DNA from: Macrostomum lignano
Taxonomy: Eukaryota
NCBI GenBank assembly: GCA_002269645.1
Contig: NIVC01001057.1
Location: forward strand, 62,001 to 126,000
Direction of reading: 5' to 3'
Length of the DNA stretch: 64,000 nucleotides
Under the pieces are notes generated by a model. It saw nothing but the letters and a program-made list of their open reading frames with translations, was not told the DNA's origin and made no database searches. This document shows positions 36,501 to 47,748 of this stretch, one piece after another (positions within the stretch are counted from its first letter, which is position 1; each line of letters begins with the position of its first letter). The position numbers and the translations under genes are program-made.

Positions 36501-39500
36501 CTAGCATTAAAACAATAAAATAAATAAGTTTCAGGATAAAAAAGAACCAAAAAGCAGAGGGAACATCTTTATGCTTTGCATTTTGAATTTATATATGCAT
36601 ATTATTGATGCATAATTGAAAAAAGACAATTTGACATTCTTCATTAAATTTAGTTAATATTTCGAGATTTAGTATAGGTGGATTTTTTACTAAAGTTAAT
36701 CCCTTATTTTGTAAAATTTACTTTTGTATAAAAAAAAGCTAAACTTTGTTAAACCAAGTTAGATTTTGTTAGATCAAAGGCAAATCAATTCAGTCTAGTC
36801 AGCATAAGTGAGGCAAGGTAGATGTGAAACATATGTACACTATAAGGCCACTCCCAACCCATCACTTGGTTGTCAGTTAAGCTCTCTTATTGATGCAAGC
36901 AATTACCAAATTGTCTTCATCAAAGCATCTCTCATAGAAGTTGTCCTATTTGTTATTAATTCACATACTAATGATGGTCTTGGGTAGAAGAATGTGGCAT
37001 TTATATAGTCACCCAGTCTATCCACCAATAACTAGATAGTCACCCAGTCTACCCACCAATGACTAGATAGTCACCCAGTCTACCCACCAATGACTAGATA
37101 GTCACCCAGTCTACCCACCAATGACTAGATAGTCACCGTCTATCCACCAATGACTAGATAGTCACCCAGTCTACCCACCAATGACTAGATAGTCACCGAC
37201 TATCCACCAATGACTAGATAGTCACCCAGTCTACCCACCAATGACTAGATAGTCACCGTCTATCCACCAATGACTAGATAGTCACCCAGTCTACCCACCA
37301 ATGACTAGATAGTCACCGTCTACCCACCAATGACTAGATAGTCACTGTCTATCCACCAATGACTAGATAGTCACCCAGTCTACCCACCAATGACTAGATA
37401 GTCACCGTCTATCCACCAATAACTAGATAGTCACCCAGTCTACCCACCAATGACTAGATAGTCACCCAGTCTACCCACCAATGACTAGATAGTCACTGTC
37501 TATCCACCAATGACTAGATAGTCACTCAGTCTACCCACCAATGACTAGATAGTCACCCAGTCTACCCACCAATGACTAGAAAGTCACTCAGTCTATCCAC
37601 CAATGACTAGATAGTCACTCAGTCTATCCATTTCCCTCCGCTCCCGCTGGCCCCGCAGTTTGCCTTGTCGGTTTTGTCGGCCACCTCGCCGGCACCCAGC
37701 GCCAAGCCGGTCGAATCGGTGACGCTCCAACAGTTCGCCAACGCGAGCCAGGCCTCCCTGAGCCTGGGCTGTCGTCTCCCTGGCAACAGCTCCGACCGCG
37801 TCACCTACGTAGAGTGGCAGGTGCACGGCGACACCGTCTGCCGGCTGTTTCTGCAGCGCAAGCCGATGGAATTGGACGAATGCCGAAGCAGTCTGCACAG
37901 CCTGGGCATCGGCATTAACGACGCGGGGGTCCAGCTGGTGCTGGCGCCGGTGCTTGCCCGTCATGAGGGCCGCTACCGCTGCCTGGCGTACGAGGATTCG
38001 GACTCGTACGAGCTCGTGACCAATGTGCTAGTGCGCGGTGAGCAACGGGAACTGGGATTTCATGTCACGTGACCAATATGCTAGAGCGCGGTGAGCAGCG
38101 GGAACTGGGTTTTCATGTCACGTGACCAATATGCTAGAGCGCGGTGAGCAGCGGGAACTGGGTTTTCATGTCACGTGACCAATGTGCTAGTGCGCGGTGA
38201 GCAGCGGGAACTGGGGTTTCATGTCACGTGACCAATATGCTAGTGCGCGGTGAGCAGCAGGAACTGGGTTTTCATGTCACGTGACCAATGTGCTAGTGCG
38301 CGGTGAGCAGCGGGAACTGGGTATTTCATGTCACGTGACCAATGTGTTAGTGCGAGTGAGCAGCGGGAACTGGGTGCTTCATGTCACGTGACCAATGTGC
38401 TAGTGCGCGGTGAGCAGCGGGAACTGGGTTTTCATGTCACGTGACCAATATGCTAGAGCGCGGTGAGCAGCGGGAACTGGGTTTTCATGTCACGTGACCA
38501 ATGTGCTAGTGCGCGGTGAGCAGCGGGAACTGGGGTTTCATGTCACGTGACCAATGTGTTAGTGCGCGGTGAGCAGCGGGAACTGGGGTTTTATGTCACG
38601 TGACCAATGTGCTAGTGCGCGGTGAGCAGCGGGAACTGGGGGTTCATGTCAAAGCGTGTATCATGACACATCAGCTTTAATTTTAGCATCCTAAATTCGG
38701 ATCCCGAAGTTGGCACCATGTTTTTGCCACACTGGATGGCGTCATGTTTTATTTGAATCATCAATAATGTCATAATTCTTAGTATTTGAAGACTCACGAG
38801 TTGTAAAACTCGAATAATCTGTAAACATGGAGTCTGCAAGTCTGCTGGAGTTCGAGTCTTTCGGACTACGAATAAAATAATATGATACCTATCTCAGTTG
38901 TCAGGATGTTTGGCAACAGAAAATCATTTATACACAACTGTTCTACCCGCTGCGCATGGAAATATAAATCCCATTAATCTTATTTTTGGCAGACAAGCCG
39001 TTCAAGCCTACCCGACTCCAACATGTGGATGTCGGCCGCGACTGGGTGCGCCTAGGCTGGGAGCCGCCGCGCCAGCAAAGCCACTTGCCTGTCGACCACT
39101 ACGAGGCCGCCAGCTGGCCCGACCTCGACGAGCCTGACAGCCGGAAACCGCCAGCCGGCGTGACCTGGCAGCGGGTCCGTGACAACAACTCATTTTTGCA
39201 CAGCCATCGGTTCAGCTACCTGTCGGTCTACACCTCCTACTGCTTCGCCGTGCGCGCCGTCAACAGCATCGGAGCCGGCCAGCCAGCCGTCCGCTGCGGC
39301 ATCCGCACTAGGGGCCGGCCACCTGAGAGAGGCGCCGTCAGCGCCAGGCTGGTCAGCGCCAACGCCACACGAGCGGCCTTCGTTGTGGCCTACCAGCCCG
39401 ACCGCCTGCACGGCCGCCTGCGTCAGGTGGAGCTGCTCTGCCAGCTGATGCGCTACCGGGAGCTCAACGTCGCCTTCGCACCAGAAGATCGGCAACTGTC

Positions 39501-42500
39501 GGCGCTGGGATTGAGGGCCTTGCTGCCGTCGCGCGCGTTTAACGATTCCACCGAGCTGGTAGATTTCTACTTTAATCCAAGTTTACCTTGGAAATCCCCA
39601 TCCCAAATCTCCCCTAATGTAATCCCCATCCAAATCTCCCCTAATGTAATCCCCATCCAAATCTCCCCTAATGTAATCCCCCTCCAAATCTCCCCTAACA
39701 TACATGCGCAACCTCCAAAATTCGGTCGGCCGTGCGACTTAGTTTTAACAAAAATGCGACGTAGTTTTTGGCCAAAAATGCGACTTGCATGTAAAAAAAC
39801 CGTAAAGCAAAATTAACGCAAGTTTGGGTAAACGGCAGGAGTAACTATGACTCTCTTATTAAGCCAAAATGCTTCGTCAGCTACTTAGTACTACTACTAG
39901 GGTGTTTTTTGAGTGGGCATTTTTGCGACTTCCTTGGTTGGTCGCCAAATCGGTCGGCCGAATCGGCCGACTCGGCCGACTGTTGCGCATGTATGTCCCC
40001 TAATGTAATCCCCATCCAAATCTCCCCTAATGTAATCCCCATCCAAATCTCCCCTAATGTAATCCCCCTCCAAATCTCCCCTAATGTAATCCCCATCCAA
40101 ATCTCCCCTAATAAAATCCCCATCCCAAATCTCCCCTGATAATATCCCATCCCAAATCTCCCTTAATCAAATCCTTATCCAAATCTTCCTTAATCAAATC
40201 CTTATCCAAATCTCCCCTAATAAAATCCCCATCCCAAATTTCCCCTAATCAAATCCCATCCCAGCATCCCCCAATAACGTCGCACCCTAATCTCCCTAAT
40301 TTTTCTCTTTTATAATCTTTAATCTCCCTAATGAAATACCGTATCTCTAATTGAATCTACATTTGTATGAATTATTCATACAATCATAACTGATTCTGGC
40401 TCATACGCATACATCTTAGTTCCTATTCTGGAATTTCTTCCCTCTCATACAGGTGTGGCTTGCCGAAGATCTGCAGCCCTACAGCCAGTACCGGCTGATC
40501 ATAAAGGCGTACAATGAGGAGTACGATGGACCGCCGGAAGTAACAAAATTCAACACAACGGAGGGCCGTGAGTGCTTTCTCAGCCTTTCTCAGCCTTTCT
40601 CGGCCTTTCTCAGCCTTTCTCAGCCTCTCTCAGCCTTTCTCGGCCTTTCTCAGCCTTTCTCAGCCTTTCTCGGCGAGCGTCTTGGAAACAAATTCATTAA
40701 AGAAATCCATTTATTTGTCAACTTTTTAAATAAATCCTCTAATAACTGCCTCTGATGTGCCGCTGACTCCATTGATAATTCCCTTTGACGTGCCGCTCAC
40801 TCCGTTGATAATTCCCTTTGATGTACCGCTCACTCCATTGATAATTCCCTTTGATGTACCGCTCACTCCATTGATAATTCCCTTTGATGTCCCGCTCACT
40901 CTATTGATAGAATTCCCTTTGATGCGCTGCTCACTCCATTGATAATTCCCTTTGATGTGCCGCTCACTCCATTAATAATTCCCTTTGATGCGCCGCTCAC
41001 TCCATTGATAATTCCCTTTGATGCGCCGCCCCGCAGTGGCGCCGTCCCCCAGCCTGATGCAGGAGACGCAGCTGCAGTTTGACACGAACGCCACTCTCAC
41101 CTGGAACCAAAGACGGCGAATTCCCGGCCAGTTGCTATACTACAGGGTCCGCTACTCCCCCATCTCCTATCCGGCTGTCCAGTATCAGCTGAACGTGTCT
41201 GCCCAGCACAACCGAGTCGTGCTCACCAAACTGCAGCCCATGAGCGAATACCGGGTCTCCCTGGCCGCTGTCACCGGCCTGGGCCCGGGCGCCGAGTCCA
41301 ACACCATCGTGGTGTCCACCGAGCCCAGCTGGCCCAGCTCGCCAAGGCAGGTGCAAATCGAAACGGGCTTCGAGGCCGGCGCCGTGGTCTCCTGGGCGCA
41401 CAGCCGCTTCACTATGCAGATTCCCAAATCCCGAAAGAGCTCGGGCATCCCACTCGAAGCGCCGGCTAGGAAATATCCCGCCCACCTGCTGGCCTTTCGC
41501 GTCAGCTGGGCCTTCCTGGACCCGGCCGGTCCCGGGGCTGCCAGCACCTTCGGGCACATGGAGACCAAGCCTCTTAATGACATGTCCGGCTGCAGCTGCT
41601 CAGCCACGGACTGGAGGCCCCGCTCCCCCAGCACGCCCTGCCGGGATCAGCCGGATCGGATTTGCGTGAGTTCTCAGACTGCATCCCCCCAGCATCCTCT
41701 ATACTGCATCCCCCAGCATCCTCTATACTGCATCCCCCAGCATCCTCTATACTGCATCCCCCAGCATCCTCTATACTGCATCTCCCAGCATCCTCTATAC
41801 TGCATCTCCCAGCATCCTCTATACTGCATCTCCCAGCATCCTCTCTACAGCATCCCCCAGCATCCTCTCTACAGCATCCCCTAGCATCCTCTTTACTGCA
41901 TCTCCCAGCATCCTCTATACTGCATCTCCCAGCATCCTCTATACTGCATCTCCCAGCATCCTCTCTACAGCACCCCCCAGCATCCTCTCTACAGCATCCC
42001 CTAGCATCCTCTTTACTGCATCTCCCAGCATCCTCTATACTGCATCTCCCAGCATCCTCTATACTGCATCTCCCAGCATCCTCTATACTGCATCTCCCAG
42101 CATCCTCTATACTGCATCTCCACAGCATCCTCTGTACTGCATCCCCCAGCATCCTCTATACTTCACCCCTCAGCATCCTCTATACTGCATCCCCCAGCAT
42201 CCTCTATACTGCATCCCCCAGCATCCTCTATACTGCATCCCCTAGCATCCTGTATTCTGTATTCCTCTATTCATCCAAGGTGTGATCAGTGCCAATTATC
42301 CCATAATCCCAGGAGTGATCAATGCCACGTAGAAACCAGTGCAATGCTGAGTTTTTATTGATATATTCCCAGTTTCACAGCCCTCCCTCATCTCTTACCC
42401 CCCCCCCCCACCCTGCCAAACTCCAGGTGCTAATTCCATGGTCCCAGCTGGCCGCCGGACGCTCTCCGCCGGACGACTCAGGCGTGCTCACCCGGGTCAG

Positions 42501-45500
42501 CTTCTCCGTGCGCAGCGTCGGCCTGTCGCAGTGGTCGGCCGGCCGGCGCTATCCCGGCCACGTGTCCGAGGATTGCACTACCGACATTCCGGCCGCGTAC
42601 ATTTTCCCCAAATCGGCGGCCTCCCATTCCACCAAGCAGCCGGTCATTGTGGGCGTCATTGTTGGTGGCTGCATCATGCTGTTGGCTATTGGGATCATCG
42701 CCTTCCTAATTTGGAAGTGGCTCTGCAGCCACCGTGGCTACCGCAGGCCGTTCGGCACTGCCATGGAAACGATGGAGTTCGTAGGTGAGGCTGCCTCTCA
42801 TTGTGTTCTGCACCCTGTCAGGTCTTTGTCGCGTAGCCTTTATTGTACGCTTCAGGGTCATGTCAGGTCATTGTACATATTAGGGTCATGTCGCGTCATG
42901 GAAGACTTTAGGGTCATGTCGGGTCATTAGACACTTTAGGGTCATGTCGGGTCATTAGACACTTTAGGGTCATGTCGGGTCATTAGACACTTTAGGTTCA
43001 TGTCGGGTCATTAGACACTTTAGGATCATGTCAGGTCATTAGAGACTTTAGGGTCATGTCGGGTCATTAGACACTTTAGGATCATGTCAGGTCATTAGAG
43101 ACTTTAGGGTCATGTTGGGTCATTAGAGACTTTAGGGTCATGTCGGGTCATGTAAGACTTCGGGGTGGTTTCGGGTCATTGTTAATAATACTAGGGTTCG
43201 TGCCAGGTCATCGCGAGACTGTTGAACCAGGCACTTCAGGTCCTCTTGTAAGCCTCAGGGCCTTTTAAGTCAAATCACCCCTAAGTGCGGTCACCTTTGG
43301 TTCATCCCGACGCGAACCCGCAGAGCACGAGTACAACGGCACTCGCAGCTCCGGCTGCCGGCCCCAGTTCCGGCCGTACAGCCAGACGGAATTCAAGCCG
43401 CTCAGCATCCCGGATTTCAGGGAGCACGTGCTGGCCAGCCACGCCAACGACAACTCGGCCTTCCAGATGGAGTTCGACAGCGTGCAGCAGTCAACCCACC
43501 GGGACTGGCCGGCCCTGCACTGGAAGCAGCCGGAGAACCTGGCTAAGAACAGATACACAGACATCTACCCGTGTGAGTGACACCTCAGGTGGGATGTGCG
43601 GTCAGCGCCTCAGTTATCTTCACTGACTCCTGTGCCACTCATCATGTGATCAACTTTAATTTCAGTTGATCACAGCCGGGTTATTCTGTTCAGCAATAGC
43701 AGGAAGAAGCGAGGGGACTACATCAATGCAAACTATGTCGACGTGAGTGGCTTGTTATTGCTCTCATTGCTAAAAGAAATTCCAGAATCCCAATAGCCAT
43801 CCCAGAATCTCAACAGCAATCCCAGAATCCTAGTAGCAATCACAGATCCCAGAATCCTAAAAGCAATCCCAGAATCCTAATAGCCATTCCAGATCCCAGA
43901 ATCCCAATAGCCATCCCAAATCCCAGAATCCTAATAGCCATTCCAGATCCCAGAATCCTAATAGCCATTCCAGATCCCAGAATCCTAATAGCCATTCCAG
44001 ATCCCAGAATCCCAATAGCCATTCCAGATCCCAGAATCCTAATAGCCATCCCAGAATCTCAACAGCAATCCCAGAATCCTAATAGCAATCCCAGAATCCC
44101 AATAGCCATTTCAGATCCCAGAATCCTAATAGCAGTCCCAGATCCAGAATCCTAATAGCAATCCCAGATCCAGAATCCTAATAGCAATCCCAGATCCCAG
44201 AATCCTAATAGCCATCCCAGAATCCTAATAGCCATCCCAGATCCCAGAATCCTAATAGCCATCCCAGATCCAGAATCCTAATAGCAATCACAGATCCCAG
44301 AATCCCAATAGCAATCCCAGATCCCAGAATCTCAAAAGCAATCCCTGTGATTTCTGATCACAAATCTCTGAGTCCCAATAGGAATCCCAGTGATCCAAAT
44401 TCCAATCCCAATAGCGATCCCAATAGCCATCCCAGAATTCTAATAGCGATCCCAAATCCCAGATCCCAATCTCAACCGCATTCAATACTGACCCTCCGCA
44501 GGGCTACCACCGGCCCAAGGCCTACATCGCCTGCCAGGGCCCGCTGCCGGCCACGTTCGACGACTTCTGGCTGATGGTCTGGGAGAACAAGAGCAGCGTG
44601 GTGGTCATGATCTCCAACTTTGTGGAGCGCGGAAGAGTGAGTCGTCTGTAGGGCAATTAGATGCGGCTGATGAAGCTTGGCCAGGGGTTTTATCGGGAAT
44701 TATTAAGGCTATTGCTTGCTATAGATAATGCCCAATGTTTATTGTGAATTAAGAGCCTTGGAGCTGTGGATGAAGTGTTTATAGGGAAGCTGAGCTGTGG
44801 GAGAATTTCAGCAAGGCCGACCCCCCCCCCCGCAGCGCAAGTGCGACCAGTACTGGCCGGGCAGCGGGTCGCAGACCTACGGCCACATCTCGGTGAGGTT
44901 CATCAGCCAGGAGAGCAAGGCCGCCTATTGCCTGCGCAAGTTCGGCATCCGGGACACGCGGGCGAAGAAGTCCGTGAAGGAGCGGCTGGTGCACCACTAC
45001 CTGTACTCAGAGTGGCCGGACTACGGCGTGCCCCAGTACCCGCTGCCGGTGCTCAACTTTGTGCAGAAGTCGATCAGGTCGTCTGATGACCACGGGCCTA
45101 TTGTGGTGCACTGCAGGTGACTGCCCTGTTAATGCTCTGTTGATATATTGATACAGTAGCATCTTTGTTGATAGATTGATACAGCAGCTCTATTGATATA
45201 TTGATACAGTAGCAGCTCTATTGATAGATTGATACAGCAGCTCTATTGATAGATTGATACAGCAGCTCTATTGATAGATTGATGCAGCAGCTCTATTGAT
45301 AGATTGATGCAGCAGCAGCTCTATTGATAGATTGATGCAGCAGCAGCTCTATTGATAGATTGATGCAGCAGCAGCTCTATTGATAGATTGATACAGCAGC
45401 AGCTCTATTGATAGATTGATGCAGCAGCAGCTCTATTGATAGATTGATGCAGCAGCAGCTCTATTGATAGATTGATACAGCAGCAGCTCTATTGATAGAT

Positions 45501-47511
45501 TGATACAGCAGCAGCTCTATTGATAGATTGATGCAGCAGCAGCTCTATTGATAGATTGATGCAGCAGCAGCTCTATTGATAGATTGATGCAGCAGCAGCT
45601 CTATTGATAGATTGATGCAGCAGCAGCTCTATTGATAGATTGATGCAGCAGCAGCTCTATTGATAGATTGATACAGCAGCCCTAATATTAGCGCTGCTAT
45701 TCCGCCATCCCCGCAAGCGCGGGCGTCGGCCGCACGGGCACGTACATCTGCATTGAGGCGCAGATCCGGCAGATTCTGCAGCAAAAGACGGTGAACGTGC
45801 GCGGCTTCCTGGAGCACATCCGGCAGCAGAGGATGCGCCTGGTGCAGACGGAGGAGCAGTACGTCTTCATTCACGACGTGCTGCTGGAGTTCCTGCTGTG
45901 CCCGGAACGGGAGGTGCCCAGGGACCAGCTGACCAGCTACATCAAGGGGCTGGACGAGCCCGGACCCTGCGGCTGCAGCAGGCTGGAGACTCAGTACCAG
46001 GTGCGCACCTCGCTCACTCTCTTAATTCACAGTTAGCCTTTGAATAGCCACGCCCTGACCCCTAACCAACCCCTGCCCATTCCCCGTGTCTGATTCTCCC
46101 TAATCCCCTGTTTGATGCTCCCTAATCCCCTGTCTGATGCTCCCTAATCCCCTGTCTCCTGCTCCCTAATCACCTGTCTAATGCTCCCTAATCCCCTGTC
46201 TGATGCTCCCTAATCCTCTGTCTGATGCTCCCTAATCCCCTGTCTAATGCTCCCTAATCCCCTGTCTCATGCTCCCTAATCCCCTGTCTAATGCTCCCTA
46301 ATCCTCTGTCTGATGCTCCCTAATCCCCTGTCTCATGCTCCCTAATCACCTGTCTAATGCTCCCTAATCCCCTGTCTGATGCTCCCTAATCCTCTGTCTG
46401 ATGCTCCCTAATCCCCTGTCTAATGCTCCCTAATCCCCTGTCTGATGCTCCCTAATCCCCTGTCTGATGCTCCCTAATCCTCTGTCTGATGCTCCCTAAT
46501 CCCCTGTCTAATGCTCCCTAATCCCCTGTCTCATGCTCCCTAATCCCCTGTCTAATGCTCCCTAATCCTCTGTCTGATGCTCCCTAATCCCCTGTCTAAT
46601 GCTCCCTAATCCCCTGTCTGATGCTCCCTAATCCTCTGTCTGATGCTCCCTAATCCCCTGTCTCATGCTCCCTAATCCCCTGTCTAATGCTCCCTAATCC
46701 CCTGTCTGATGCTTCCTAATCCCTGTCTGATGTTCCCTAATCCCCTGTCTCATGCTCCCTAATCCCCTGTCTGATTCTCCCTAAACCCCTGTCTCATGCT
46801 CCCTAATCCCCTGTCTAATGCTCCCTAATCCCCTGTCTGGGTCTCCCTAATCCCCTGTCTAATGCTCCCTAATCACCTGTCTCATGCTCCCTAATCTCCT
46901 GTCTAATGCTCCCTAATCACCTGTCTCATGCTCCCTAATCCCCTGTCTAATGCTCCCTAATCCCCTGTCTGATGCTCATTAATCCCTGTATCAAATCCCA
47001 AAGATGTCAAATTCACAAAAATCCCAACTAAAGCTCGACTGGGGTCCTCAGCCCCGCACCATAGCAACCAGTGCAGCTCCAACCCGCCGCTTCAACTCCC
47101 GCAGCTGTGCGTGTCCGAGCAGCCGTCGCCGCGTGACCGGATGGCCGCCAAGAAGCCGTGCAACGCGCGCAAGAATCGCTGCATCCTGCCCAGTGAGTCC
47201 GCGCTAGGTTAAACTATTCCTCCTGTTCACCCACATCAGTGATTTGCGCGCTTAGTTCTGTTTTTTTCACCTTCTCTGCAGTCGACTCCCGCCGCGTGAA
47301 ACTGACGGCCGAGCCCGGGGTGGAGGGGTCCGACTATATCAATGCGTCTCACCTGCATGTGAGTGCGCTGCCCTGCCGCTGGGCTGGACTGACTGACAGA
47401 CACACACACAGACAGACAGACAGACAGATAGACAGATAGACAGACACACAGACACACAGCAGAAAGACAGACACACAGCAGACAGACAGACACACAGACA
47501 GACAGACAGAC

Positions 47512-47568
<57 letters not shown>

Positions 47569-47611
47569 CACAGACAGATAGACAGACAGACGGACAGACA
47601 GACAGACAGAC

Positions 47612-47660
<49 letters not shown>

Positions 47661-47687
47661 CACAGACACACACACACACACACAGAC

Positions 47688-47748
<61 letters not shown>

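Larger units (their letters stand above)
39596..40280. repeat. 27-bp minisatellite CCAAATCTCCCCTAATGTAATCCCCAT, interrupted by a MITE
   Basis: Same unit at 39596-39698 and 39996-40280. Confidence 0.9.

Noticed and set aside
39826-39889. Functional rRNA gene
   Set aside because: Only about 64 bp, with substitutions, inside a MITE in an intron; it is a captured fragment.
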